A DNA stretch of 64,000 nucleotides from Halorussus marinus (GCF_004765795.1 NZ_SBIV01000001.1:682001-746000); one strand, 5' to 3'; shown: positions 39,426 through 49,622, counted from the first letter of the stretch. Program-made: numbers and translations. The notes: a model not told the origin generated them from the letters alone.

Positions 39426-40438
39426 AGCCGATCGGAGTCGCGGATCTCCCGGCGTAGCTCCGGGATCAGATCGAGCGCCGGGTCGGTGTCGCCGAGGACG
39501 AACAGCGCGTGGTACCGGACGAACGACTGAACCGGGGCGACGACGATCGCCATCACGGCCCCCATCGCGAGCAAAAACGCCGAGACGACCGCGACGACGA
39601 CCGCGAGCGCGACCGGGTTCGACGCCAGAACCGCGAGATCGAGCGCGGGCCGGACGAACCACGCGACGAGCGCGACCGGCGCCAGCAGGATCGCGCCCAC
39701 CGCGCTCCCGACGACCGACGCGACGATCCCCGCCCCGATCCCGAGGACGATCCGGACCGCGGCGTAGACGCCGTACTGCTTCCACTCGCCGGTCAGCGTC
39801 GACCAGAACCGCCGCCACCCCGCGAGCACGCCGTCGTTCCGGTGGATCATCACCGGGACGACGAAGTGGGTGGTGAACACGTCGATCGCGGCGGCGGCCG
39901 CGCCCAGCGCCACGACGAACGGAATCGACAGCGCGAGCAGGCCGAGCGACACCCGCGGCTCGCCCCCGACCGCCGACAGCACGGCCAGAACGAGGCCGAC
40001 GAACGGCACCGCCGCGAGCATCCCGAGGACGACCCGGAAGCCGAACAGCCGGAGCCCCCGGCCCAAGTGGCGGCCGACGTACTCCCGAATCCGGACCCGG
40101 CGGCGCCGAAGCGACTCCACGAAGACGAACTCCATCACCGAGCCGACGAACGCGTACAGCGCCGCGAGGACGAGACCGATCGCAAGGATCGCGAGGGCCG
40201 CCGTCAGGATCGTCTCCGAGGAGTACGGCACCTGGAGGCCCGCGCCGAGCTGGCCCGGCGCGGTCACCGTCGTCCCGCCCGACGAGCCGCTGGCGGTCGC
40301 CGACGGCCCGGAGCCGGCGCCGGCGATGAAAAACGCCACGAACGCGAGCGCGAGCCACTGGCGGGCGTCGACCGGGAGAAACAACGCCTTCGTCGCGTCG
40401 AGCGCGTCGTCGACCGCCTCGACCGCGTGCCACGTCAT
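39422..40438 (-). CDS. conserved haloarchaeal multi-pass membrane protein
   Basis: MTWHAVEAVDDALDATK...WLALAFVAFF; about 6 TM. Confidence 0.88.
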   Translation of the reverse strand: MTWHAVEAVDDALDATKALFLPVDARQWLALAFVAFFIAGAGSGPSATASGSSGGTTVTAPGQLGAGLQVPYSSETILTAALAILAIGLVLAALYAFVGSVMEFVFVESLRRRRVRIREYVGRHLGRGLRLFGFRVVLGMLAAVPFVGLVLAVLSAVGGEPRVSLGLLALSIPFVVALGAAAAAIDVFTTHFVVPVMIHRNDGVLAGWRRFWSTLTGEWKQYGVYAAVRIVLGIGAGIVASVVGSAVGAILLAPVALVAWFVRPALDLAVLASNPVALAVVVAVVSAFLLAMGAVMAIVVAPVQSFVRYHALFVLGDTDPALDLIPELRREIRDSDRL

Positions 40439-40495
40439 GGGACGGGGTACGAAGCCGACCGAGAAAACTGTCGGGGTTGACAGATAGATTCGGGC

Positions 40496-41266
40496 TCAGA
40501 CGCCGCCGATTTCGCCGAGCCCGCTGTCGATGAGTTGGATGAGCACCGCCGCGATGCCCGTCCGCGACGACCAGATCGCCGTCTCCTCGTCGAGTTCCAG
40601 ATCGTCGCGCTCGTCGCGGACGCTCAAAAGCACCGTCGCGCCGTCGACGACCACCACCCGATCGACCGGCCCGTCGTCGTGGGGGTGGTCGGCCGGGAAG
40701 TGGTAGACCGAGACGTCGGTGTCTCCGAACCGGTCTTCGAGGGCGTCGGCGCCGACCGCGTTCACCGCCACGCCGTCGGCCGCCCGCTCGACGAGCAGGT
40801 CGGCGACGGCGTCCTCGAGCGGGCCGGCGTCGGCGCCGACCGCGAACAGGATCCGGTCCTCGGCGTCGTCGAGCAGTTGGGCGATCCGGCCGTTGATGCT
40901 CGCCCGGCCGTGGACCGTCCAGATGTCCTCGCGGCGCTCGCCGGTGTCCCCGCGCTCCTGGCGGGCGGTTTCGAGGTAGTCGAACGCCTGCTCTTGGGTG
41001 CGCTCGAACTCGCCGCGGAGGTGGGCGCGCGCGGCGTCGAGGCTCACCGGCCGGTACTGGATCGGCTTGGACTGTTGGACCTCGACGAGCCCCCGGTCCT
41101 GGAGGGACTCGGCGGCGCCGTACACCTGCGACCGGGGCACGTCGGTGACCCGGTGGACGTCACGGGCGGTCCCGGTGCCGAGCCGCTGGAGCGCCGCGAA
41201 CACCTTCGCCTCGTAGTTCGACAGCCCCAGCCGTTCGAGGGCCTCGATGGCGTCTGCTTCCTCCAT
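40496..41266 (-). CDS. TrmB-family transcriptional regulator
   Basis: LGLSNYEAKVF, VPRSQVYGAAESL; TGATG-coupled to the RND gene. Confidence 0.95.
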   Translation of the reverse strand: MEEADAIEALERLGLSNYEAKVFAALQRLGTGTARDVHRVTDVPRSQVYGAAESLQDRGLVEVQQSKPIQYRPVSLDAARAHLRGEFERTQEQAFDYLETARQERGDTGERREDIWTVHGRASINGRIAQLLDDAEDRILFAVGADAGPLEDAVADLLVERAADGVAVNAVGADALEDRFGDTDVSVYHFPADHPHDDGPVDRVVVVDGATVLLSVRDERDDLELDEETAIWSSRTGIAAVLIQLIDSGLGEIGGV

Positions 41267-44200
41267 CAGTCGTCGTCGACACCCCCGTTGGCGACCGCCG
41301 CGGTCGGGCCCGACGATTCGGAGAGGTCAGGCCCGAGGTAGCGCGCCCACAGCGTCAGCAGGCTCGGCAGTACGAAGACGCTGGCGAGGAACGCGTAGAT
41401 GATGGTGAGCCCGGTGATGATGCCGAACTGCTGGAGCGCGGGCAGGATGGCGAAGTACAGCACGCCGAACCCGCCGACCGTGGTCGCCGCGCTCCCCAGC
41501 AGCGCGCCGCCGGTGCCGGTGACGCTCTTGTGCAGCGCCGCGTCGACCGATCCCCGGCGCTCGAGTTCGACGTTGAACCGCTCGCTGAGGTGGATGCTGT
41601 AGGCGACGCCCAGCCCGACCGTGAGGCTGGTGATCATCCCCGTCAGGACGTTGAACGGCATCCCGAGCAGGTACATCGACCCGAGGATCCACGAGACGCT
41701 GAACGCGACCGGGAGCAGGGTGACCGCCCCGAGCACGGCGCTCCCGTGGGCCAGCCGGTAGGCGATCATCAGGAACGCGAACACCGCGACCAGCGTGATG
41801 AGCAGGCTCTCGATCACCGTATCGAGGAGCTCTTGCTGGACGATTTCGAACGTGATCGGCTGGCCGGTGGCGGTCGCGGTCAGGCCGTCGCCGTCGATCT
41901 CCTCGGCCACGGCCCGCATCTGGTCGGTGACGTCGGCCGACGACGCTCCGCCTTTCACGGAGACGACCATCCGGACCGCGCGGTACTCGCCGTCCTCGCG
42001 GTGAATCACGCCTTCCGCCTCGTCGGGCGCGACCGCGAACAGTTCGTCGAAGACGCCCTCGACGTTCCTGTCTGGCACGCCGTCGCCGTCGGTGTCGGCG
42101 GCCGCGAGCGTCGCGTTGAACGTCTCGTTCCGGGCGGCGACGCTGTCGATCACCGACGCCGGACTCCGGATCCGGGCCTCGTCGTTCGAGAGGACGACCG
42201 CGACGTCGGTCTCGGCCGCCCGGTCGTTGGCCCGCTGGAGCCGATCGAGCGCCTGTGGCGTCGCCACGTCGCCCTCGACCAGAATCTGGGCCTCGGAGTC
42301 CTCGCGGATGAAGTTCTCGTTGACGTATTCGAGGTTGGCCTTCGCGGTGTACTCGCCCGGCCGGAACGGCTCGGGGAGGTTGTCCATCCAGCCGGGCGGG
42401 TCCTCGGCGAGGAAGTCCTCCTGGCTGAAGCTGGTGTCGACCTGCGTCGCGCCGTACGCGCCGCCGGCCGAGAGCACGAGCGTGATCGCGAGCACGACGA
42501 TCGGAGCCTTGCGCGCGGCGACCGCCCCGCCCGAGAGGAGCGAGCCGAGCGCGCCGCCGCCGGTGCCGAACGCCCGCTTGCGCCGGTCGAACCCGCGCGA
42601 TTCGAGGAAGCCGTCGATCTCGACCTTGAGCGCGGGCACGAGCCCGCCGAAGATGATCATCGCGGCGACGATGCCGACCGAACTCACCACGCCGAAGTCC
42701 TGGATCGGCGGGAGCGGGCTCACGAGGTTCGACAGGAAGCCGATGACCGTGGTCGCGGTCACCCACACGAGCGCGACGCCGACGCTGGCGAGCGCGACCC
42801 GCATCGACCCGCGAACGCCGCCGTCGACGTCCGTGTCACCGAGGCTCCCCTGCTCGGCGCGCTCCTCGCGGTGGCGCATGAAGACGTGGATCGCGTAGTC
42901 GATCGACAGCCCGATGAGCAACACCGGGACCGCGATGAAGATCTGGTTGAACGTGATCTCCATCCAGCCCATGAAGCCGAACGTCCAGACCAGCACCACC
43001 AGGATGCCGAACACCCCGAGCGCGATGTCGAGGAGATCGCGGTACGCGACCAGCAGGGTCAGGACCACGAACAGCAGGGCCATCGGACCGACGATCGCGA
43101 TGCTGTCGGCCATCGACTGGTCGGTCTCCTCGCTGATGATGCCCGACCCGAACACGAGCACGTCGTAGTCGGTCGAGGACGCGACGATCTGCTCGATGGC
43201 GTTCTGGGAGTCGACGATGCGGTCGCTCGCCATTCCCTGAACCGTCTGGCTCTCCTGGCTCTGGAACACCAACAGCATCGTGGCGTTGGCCTCGCCGCTG
43301 TCGGGATCGTAGGAGGTCGGCATGAACGAGAACGCCTGTCCGCCCGAGCCGTCGTCGCTCTGGCCCAGCACCGCCGAGACCGACTCGTCGATCTCCGAGT
43401 CGTTCATCGACCGGAGCTGTTCGAGCTGTTCGTCGAGGGTCGGCTGGGAACCGTTCTGGAGCTGTTCGCGCTGGTCGGCCAGCCGCTCGCCCCTGTCGCC
43501 GAGTTCGGCGAACTCCTCGCGGAGGACGCCGGGCAGGCCCCGTTCGTACACCTGCTCGAAGCCGTCTTCGACGGCGCCGGCGCGTTCGCGGTACGTCGAT
43601 TCGTCGATCTCGTCGCGCTGATAGGTGGCGTTGAGCTGATCGAGCTGGGTCTGGAGGGTCCGGACCTGCGCGATCTGGCGGTCGAAGCGCGCCGACTGGG
43701 TGTCGGTCAGCGTCTCGTCAGCCCGACCGCGGATCGCGGCCAACTGCTCGTCGAGTCGGGCCGCACGCTGGCGGTACGTCGAGTCGTTCAGTTCGCCCTG
43801 CGCCCGCGAGCGGTTCAGCCGGTCGTACTCGCGCTGGACCTCGCGGGTCTCGTTGAGCAGATTCCCGAGGCTCTCGACGGTGGCGTTGAGCCGGGCCTGC
43901 TCGCGCTGAATCTCGGCTCCCTCGCGCCTGATCTCGGCCGCCCGCTCGCGCTGGATCGCGACCGTCGCGACGATGTTCGCGACGCCGGTCGTCCGGGTCC
44001 CGTTCGCCAGCGTCCGGTTGACCGTCCGGTTGGCCCGGAGCGACTGTTGGAGTTCGAGCGATTCGGTCAGCGCGTCCTTCGAGAGGACGTCGTCCCCGCG
44101 GAGGATGAGCTGGACCGTCGTGGTGTTGTCCTGCCCCGACGAGAAGTTCGCGTCGATGTACTCGAGCTTCTCGGCGGCGGTGCTGTCGCTCTGGAACTGA

Positions 44201-44325
44201 TCGAGCGACGAGGACTGTTCGACCATCGGCGCGCCCGTCCCGACGAGCACCGTCGCGACGAGCAACACCGCGATGACCGCGCGGCTGTGCTCGGTGACCG
44301 CCGAGAAGAGGTCACGTCCGTTCAA
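41266..44325 (-). CDS. RND/MMPL-family transporter
   Basis: Two MMPL halves (GLSIDYAIH, GLGVAYSIH, ATTVIGF/ATTVGGF); TTG start preceded by GGAGG. Confidence 0.95.
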   Translation of the reverse strand: MNGRDLFSAVTEHSRAVIAVLLVATVLVGTGAPMVEQSSSLDQFQSDSTAAEKLEYIDANFSSGQDNTTTVQLILRGDDVLSKDALTESLELQQSLRANRTVNRTLANGTRTTGVANIVATVAIQRERAAEIRREGAEIQREQARLNATVESLGNLLNETREVQREYDRLNRSRAQGELNDSTYRQRAARLDEQLAAIRGRADETLTDTQSARFDRQIAQVRTLQTQLDQLNATYQRDEIDESTYRERAGAVEDGFEQVYERGLPGVLREEFAELGDRGERLADQREQLQNGSQPTLDEQLEQLRSMNDSEIDESVSAVLGQSDDGSGGQAFSFMPTSYDPDSGEANATMLLVFQSQESQTVQGMASDRIVDSQNAIEQIVASSTDYDVLVFGSGIISEETDQSMADSIAIVGPMALLFVVLTLLVAYRDLLDIALGVFGILVVLVWTFGFMGWMEITFNQIFIAVPVLLIGLSIDYAIHVFMRHREERAEQGSLGDTDVDGGVRGSMRVALASVGVALVWVTATTVIGFLSNLVSPLPPIQDFGVVSSVGIVAAMIIFGGLVPALKVEIDGFLESRGFDRRKRAFGTGGGALGSLLSGGAVAARKAPIVVLAITLVLSAGGAYGATQVDTSFSQEDFLAEDPPGWMDNLPEPFRPGEYTAKANLEYVNENFIREDSEAQILVEGDVATPQALDRLQRANDRAAETDVAVVLSNDEARIRSPASVIDSVAARNETFNATLAAADTDGDGVPDRNVEGVFDELFAVAPDEAEGVIHREDGEYRAVRMVVSVKGGASSADVTDQMRAVAEEIDGDGLTATATGQPITFEIVQQELLDTVIESLLITLVAVFAFLMIAYRLAHGSAVLGAVTLLPVAFSVSWILGSMYLLGMPFNVLTGMITSLTVGLGVAYSIHLSERFNVELERRGSVDAALHKSVTGTGGALLGSAATTVGGFGVLYFAILPALQQFGIITGLTIIYAFLASVFVLPSLLTLWARYLGPDLSESSGPTAAVANGGVDDD

Positions 44326-44345
44326 AGCGTCTCCCTCCGTATCGC

Positions 44346-44395
44346 TGTTTGTAGGATCATACTATCAGTGATGTTGTTAGTAGCATACTAACAGT
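44346..44395. promoter_or_regulatory. palindromic operator upstream of the RND-TrmB operon
   Basis: TGTTAGTA-GCA-TACTAACA (44375-44393) plus a degenerate copy; CATACTA(T/A)CAGT repeated at 44358 and 44384. Confidence 0.65.
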
Positions 44396-44522
44396 ACGAC
44401 CATAAATCACGCGGATCGGGACCGTCGGCCCGACCCGACGTTTCGACCCGTCAAAAGCCCGTTAGATCGCACGTCGGATCTTTCATCAGATCTTTGAAGC
44501 TCGAGCGTCCTACACGCCGGTG

Positions 44523-45599
44523 ATGAACACCCTCGAGATCGGAGCCCGACTGATCGCGGGCGTGGGTCTCATCCTGGCGAACGGCTTTTTCGTCGCGATC
44601 GAGTTCGCCCTGACCCGCGCCCGGCAGTTCACCGAAGCCGAGTTCGTCGATCAGACCCCCGCGCTGGAGCGCGCCTGGGAGATGACCCAGAACCTCGAAA
44701 TCTATCTGACGACGTGTCAGGTTGGTATCACGGCGTCGAGCATCGCGGTCGGCATCGTCGCCGAGCCCGCGCTGGCGGCTATCTTCGAGCCGCTGTTCGA
44801 AAACACCGTTCTGGCCACCGTCGGGTCCGGCGCGATACTCGCGTTCCTCCTCATCAACCTCGTCCACCTGACCCACGGCGAGCAGACCCCGACGTACCTC
44901 GGCGTCGAGCGCTCCCGGCTGGTGTGTCGGTACGGCGCGACCCCGCTGTACTGGTTCAACCGTCTCATCTCGCCGCTCATCACCCTCGGCGACGGGGTCG
45001 CGAAGTGGACGCTCCGGCTGTTCGACATCGAGATGACCGGCGCGTGGCTCGAGACCGAGACGGACGCGATCGAGTCGCGGGCCGACCTCCGCAACCGGCT
45101 CGGATCGGTGCTCGAACGCGGCGACCTCCCCGCCGAGCGCCGCGACGAGGTGATGAACGCGCTCCGAATCGGCGAGCAGTCGGTCCGGGAGGTGATGGTC
45201 CGGCCCGAGGAGATCGTCGCGCTCTCGACCGCGGACGACTCCGCGGAGAACTTCCGGCGGCTCGAAGAACATCCCCACACCCGGTACCCGCTCGTCGGCG
45301 AGGCGGTGACCGACTTTCTGGGCGTCGTCTACTCGCCGGTGTTGCTCAGGCACCGCGACGAACTCGCGACCGGCGAGATCGACTTCGCCGAACTGGCGGC
45401 CCCGCCGATGACGCTCTCGCCCGACGCGGACGTCAGCGACGCCATCGACCAGTTCCAGACCGAGAGTCAGGAGCTGGCGCTCGTGATCGAGGACGGCGAG
45501 GTGGTCGGGCTGGTCACCGTGACCGACCTGCTGGAGTCGGTGACCGGCGATATCGAGGACCCGATCGACCAAGAACAGTTCGACGCGGCCGAGCGCTGA
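44523..45599 (+). CDS. CNNM/DUF21-CBS (hemolysin C/CorB-like) protein
   Basis: ANGFFVAIEFAL, CQVGIT, GEQTP, CBS pair. Confidence 0.95.
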   Translation: MNTLEIGARLIAGVGLILANGFFVAIEFALTRARQFTEAEFVDQTPALERAWEMTQNLEIYLTTCQVGITASSIAVGIVAEPALAAIFEPLFENTVLATVGSGAILAFLLINLVHLTHGEQTPTYLGVERSRLVCRYGATPLYWFNRLISPLITLGDGVAKWTLRLFDIEMTGAWLETETDAIESRADLRNRLGSVLERGDLPAERRDEVMNALRIGEQSVREVMVRPEEIVALSTADDSAENFRRLEEHPHTRYPLVGEAVTDFLGVVYSPVLLRHRDELATGEIDFAELAAPPMTLSPDADVSDAIDQFQTESQELALVIEDGEVVGLVTVTDLLESVTGDIEDPIDQEQFDAAER

Positions 45600-45641
45600 G
45601 TCGGCACCCGCTCGGGTGGTCCGGCACCCGCCGACCGCGAG

Positions 45642-46436
45642 CTACCCCTCGATCGTTCCCGACGAGAGCTCCGCCAGCGTCCCCTCGACGGTGTACTCGG
45701 GGGTCTCGATCCGGATCGGCGAGTCGGCGGCCACGTCGTAGAACCCGAGGTGGAGCTCGTAGCTGCCGTCGGGCGCGATATCGGTCGACTCCATCTGGCC
45801 GGTCGGGTCGTGGTGGCCCCACGCGACGCCGCCCGCCGCCGCGGGCGAGACCTCGCCGGCGACGACCCAGCGGTCGGGCATCCGCGTCGTGTCGCTGCCC
45901 GCCATGGGGTAGTCGCGGTCGTTCCACTCCCGGAACCCCTCGTCGATGACGTAGACGTTCTCGTAGCCGTCCTCGATGAGCTGGGCCGCCCGCATCGACG
46001 AGAGGTGGTGGGGACACCCGCAGTAACAGACGATGCGGTCGTCGGTCGGCCAATCGCCGACCGGGTCGTCCTCGCTTCGACGACTCTCGGCCGCGGGGCT
46101 CAGGACCGCCCCGTAGACGTGGGCGTTCCCGTAGGCGGTCTCGCTCCGGGCGTCGGCGAACCGCGCGTTCCCGGTGGCGTACCAGTAGTAGGTGTCTTCG
46201 ATCGGCGCGAGCGGCACCGCGGTGCCCTCGACGTCGGTGGTCTCGTAGGCGTCGGTGTCGATCGACCGCTCGTCGGGCGTCGAGTCGAACGCCGGCGGGT
46301 AGCCGTCGTCGGGATCGTCGTCCGACGGGAGGTCGTCGCCGTGCTTCGGTCCGCTCGGACTGTCGGCGCCGCTCAGACACCCCGCGATCGAAGACAGGGT
46401 GGCCGCGCTGGCCGCGAGAAACGTGCGACGGTGCAT
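45642..46436 (-). CDS. rhodanese-domain Tat lipoprotein
   Basis: MHRRTFL...IAGC; DARS, HVYGA, YCGCPHHLS, IDEGFREW. Confidence 0.9.
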   Translation of the reverse strand: MHRRTFLAASAATLSSIAGCLSGADSPSGPKHGDDLPSDDDPDDGYPPAFDSTPDERSIDTDAYETTDVEGTAVPLAPIEDTYYWYATGNARFADARSETAYGNAHVYGAVLSPAAESRRSEDDPVGDWPTDDRIVCYCGCPHHLSSMRAAQLIEDGYENVYVIDEGFREWNDRDYPMAGSDTTRMPDRWVVAGEVSPAAAGGVAWGHHDPTGQMESTDIAPDGSYELHLGFYDVAADSPIRIETPEYTVEGTLAELSSGTIEG

Positions 46437-46512
46437 CTGTAACCGGAGGTTGGGCACCCCGAGCCATTAACGTTCCCGACTCCGCGGCCCCGGACCGAGC
46501 CATCGCCGGCGG

Positions 46513-47040
46513 CTACTCTGCGTCGACGGCGGCGTCGAACAGGCCCCGAAACCGCGCCTCCGTCTCGTCGGTGATCGCCTGCCGGACCACGAAGTACGCG
46601 CCGCAGGCGTCCCGATCGCGGACGATCGGCACGACGGAGTCGAGCAGGCGGTACACCGCGTCCTCGCGCCCGTACATCAACAGGACGTTGAGGCTGTCGA
46701 ACACCACCCAGCCGCCCCGCGAGACGTATTCGAGCGCCCGCGACAGCCGCATGCTGATGCCGGTGAGGTCGCTCGGTCCGACCGGGTCGGTCGTCCAGAG
46801 CCGACCGTCGTACTCGGAGGGCGACCCGGTGATCGGGATCACGCCGACCGCGCTCGGATCCCGGCCCCGCCGCTCGACCAGCGACTCGATCTTCCGGGGC
46901 GAGGCGGTCGCCGACACCACCAGCAGGTTCTCGAACGCGCCGTCCGGGAGCGTCGCGAGCGGCGGCTCCATCGAGGGGCTCGCGACCAGCGCCTGCTCGC
47001 CCGGGTCGAGCGAGAACCGCCCGGAGTCACTCCTCGGCAC
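46513..47040 (-). CDS. degenerate RecA/KaiC-like domain protein (DUF835/DUF7504-like)
   Basis: PSDLTGISM, VVFDSLNVLLMY, FRGLFD; no Walker A. Confidence 0.8.
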   Translation of the reverse strand: MPRSDSGRFSLDPGEQALVASPSMEPPLATLPDGAFENLLVVSATASPRKIESLVERRGRDPSAVGVIPITGSPSEYDGRLWTTDPVGPSDLTGISMRLSRALEYVSRGGWVVFDSLNVLLMYGREDAVYRLLDSVVPIVRDRDACGAYFVVRQAITDETEARFRGLFDAAVDAE

Positions 47041-47392
47041 GCTCGAATCCCCCCGTCGGCTCGTCGGGCGCCGACGCGCCGAGGTCGTCCGAGACGTCGG
47101 CCACTCGCCCGGCGTCGTCGAACCGGACGAACGGTCGGGCGAACGTCCACGTCGCGGCCGCGAGCGAGAGCGCTCCGGCGAGGTCCAGCGCGGCCGAGAC
47201 CACGCCGAACTCGAAGACGCTGAACGCGACGTGCGAGGCGGTAGTCGCGACGAGCGCGGCGGTCAGAAGTGCCAGTCCGCCGGTGTGGGCCACGTAGCGC
47301 CCGTAGGCCACCAGCGGGTACGCGAGAAGCAGGCTCGCGATCACCAGCACGGCCGTCTGGGCGGCGACCCCGACCGTCACGAGGTCGCTCAC
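47027..47392 (-). CDS. 3-TM membrane protein
   Basis: Hydrophobic with acidic tail; overlaps both neighbours. Confidence 0.78.
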   Translation of the reverse strand: MSDLVTVGVAAQTAVLVIASLLLAYPLVAYGRYVAHTGGLALLTAALVATTASHVAFSVFEFGVVSAALDLAGALSLAAATWTFARPFVRFDDAGRVADVSDDLGASAPDEPTGGFERAEE

Positions 47393-47673
47393 AGTTTCCT
47401 CCGTCCGGTGAGCAACACGAGCAGGCGTGTGGCCGCGACCAGCACGCCGCCCGTCGCGACGGTGGACATGACGAGGACGTACGCCGGCGAAACGGACGCG
47501 TCGAGCGCCCAGATCAGGTCCAGTCCGACGGCCGCGACCACGACCACCGGAATCGGCCTGAGCACCTCGCCGAACGGGGCGCCGCGAAAGCCTCGTGCCG
47601 CCACCAGCGAGAGCGGGAACGACGCCGCGAGGACGAGCACCGTCGCCACCGACAGGAGGTGTTCGATCGCCAT
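47389..47673 (-). CDS. 3-TM membrane protein
   Basis: MAIEHLLSVATV...ARGFRGAPFGEVLRPIP; GTGA overlap with the next gene. Confidence 0.78.
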   Translation of the reverse strand: MAIEHLLSVATVLVLAASFPLSLVAARGFRGAPFGEVLRPIPVVVVAAVGLDLIWALDASVSPAYVLVMSTVATGGVLVAATRLLVLLTGRRKL

Positions 47674-47787
47674 TCGTGCGTGGGTTTCCAGTACGGTCCC
47701 AAATAACCCGGGGAAGGCGCGTACGGCCCCGCCGGTCGCGCTTCCGGGACCCTCACGTTCAACTGTCGGCACCCCGAATCCGCCGCC

Positions 47788-49614
47788 ATGAGCCCCGACG
47801 CCCGACGCTACTTCGCCGCGCGCGAGACGGTCGGCCCCTCGCTCGCGCCCGACGGTCGGCTGGCGTTTCTCGCCGACACCACCGGAACCGCACAGGTCTG
47901 GACGCTCGACGAGCCCGGAAAGTGGCCCCGCCAGCGCACCGTCTACGACGAGCGCGTCTCGTTCGCCGCGTGGTCGCCCGGCGGCGACGCCCTCGCGTTC
48001 GGGAAGGACGCGGGCGCCGACGAGCACGACCAGCTGTTCGTGCTCGACCCCGCCGACGAGTCGGTCGAGCGGCTGACCGACCGCCCCGACGCCATCCACC
48101 TGTGGGGCGCCTGGAGCCCCGACGGCGACCGACTCGCCTTCGCGGCCAACCGCCGGGCGGGCTCGCGCTTCGACGTGTACGCGATGGAGCCCGACGCCGA
48201 CGAGCCGACGCTCGTCCGGGAGGCCGACGAGTCGGGGATCCGGTCGGTCGAGGGGTGGAGCCCGTCCGGAGACCGCCTGCTGGTGAGCCGGGCCCGCGCC
48301 AGTTCCGACGGCGACCTCTACGCGGTCGCGGTCGACTCCGGGGAGCGTCGCCACCTCACGCCCCACGACGGGCGGGTCCGGTACCACCAGCCGACGTTCG
48401 GGCCCGACGGCGACGCGGTCTACTGCCTGAGCGACGCGAACGCCGACACCCGAGAGCTGGTCCGGATCGACCTCGAAACGCAGGCGACCGAGACCGTGGT
48501 CTCGGGCGGCGAGTGGAGCCTCGACGGCTTCGCGCTCGACGCCGGCTCGGGCCGGCTCGCGGCGTCTTGGAACGTCGACGGCTACGGGGAGCTTCGGGTG
48601 GGCGAGCTGACCGGCCCGACCGACGCCGACCTCGAAGCGGTCGACGTTCCCGACGGCGTGGTCCACGAAGTCGCGATGGGACCGGCCGGCGACCGCGTCG
48701 CCGCAACCGTCTCGGCGCCGGCGCTGAACCACTCGGTGTTCGTGGTCGACGCGACGGCCACCGACGCCGATGGCGACGCGCGGCCGGTCGAGCGCTGGAC
48801 TCGGCCGTCGCCGGGCGGCGTGTCGCTCGATCGCTACCAGTCGCCGGAACTGCTCCGATACGAGACGTTCGACGGCCGCGAGATCCCCGCGTACTTCACG
48901 CTCCCCGAGGGCGACCCCGACGGCGCGGGCGGCGCGCCGGTCGTTGTCGACATCCACGGTGGCCCCCACCACCAGCGTCGGCCGTGGTTCCGGCCGATCC
49001 GCCAGTACCTCCTCGACTCGGGGTACGCCGTCTTCGAGCCCAACGTCCGGGGGTCGTCGGGGTACGGCGCCGAGTACGCCGCGCTCGACGACGTCGAAAA
49101 CCGGATGGACTCGGTGCGCGACGTCGCCGAGGCCGTTGGGTGGCTCCGGGACCATCCGGAGATCGACGGCGAGCGGATCGTCGCGTACGGACGGTCGTAC
49201 GGCGGGTTCATGGTGCTTTCGGCGATCACCGAGTACCCCGACCTCTGGGCGGCCGCGGTCGACTTCGTCGGGATCGCCGACTGGGAGACCTTCCTCGAAA
49301 ACACCGGCGACTGGCGCCGCTCGCACCGCGAGGCCGAGTACGGCTCGCTCGAGGACGACCGCGAGTTCCTCCGGTCGATCAGCCCGATCCACTCGGTCGA
49401 GGCGATCGAGTGTCCGCTTTTCGTCCAGCACGGCGAGAACGACCCCCGCGTCCCCGTCGGCGAGGCCCGCCAGATCGCCGCGGAGGTGCGCGAGCAGGGC
49501 GTCCCGGTCGAGACGCTGCTCTTCGACGACGAGGGCCACCACACCACGAAGCTCCAGAACCGCGTCGAACTGTTCGAGCGCATCGGGGCGTTTCTCGACG
49601 AGCACGTCGCGTAA
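47788..49614 (+). CDS. S9-family serine peptidase
   Basis: Beta-propeller, IHGGP, GRSYGG, HGENDPRV, EGH. Confidence 0.96.
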   Translation: MSPDARRYFAARETVGPSLAPDGRLAFLADTTGTAQVWTLDEPGKWPRQRTVYDERVSFAAWSPGGDALAFGKDAGADEHDQLFVLDPADESVERLTDRPDAIHLWGAWSPDGDRLAFAANRRAGSRFDVYAMEPDADEPTLVREADESGIRSVEGWSPSGDRLLVSRARASSDGDLYAVAVDSGERRHLTPHDGRVRYHQPTFGPDGDAVYCLSDANADTRELVRIDLETQATETVVSGGEWSLDGFALDAGSGRLAASWNVDGYGELRVGELTGPTDADLEAVDVPDGVVHEVAMGPAGDRVAATVSAPALNHSVFVVDATATDADGDARPVERWTRPSPGGVSLDRYQSPELLRYETFDGREIPAYFTLPEGDPDGAGGAPVVVDIHGGPHHQRRPWFRPIRQYLLDSGYAVFEPNVRGSSGYGAEYAALDDVENRMDSVRDVAEAVGWLRDHPEIDGERIVAYGRSYGGFMVLSAITEYPDLWAAAVDFVGIADWETFLENTGDWRRSHREAEYGSLEDDREFLRSISPIHSVEAIECPLFVQHGENDPRVPVGEARQIAAEVREQGVPVETLLFDDEGHHTTKLQNRVELFERIGAFLDEHVA

Positions 49615-49622
49615 CCGGGGGC

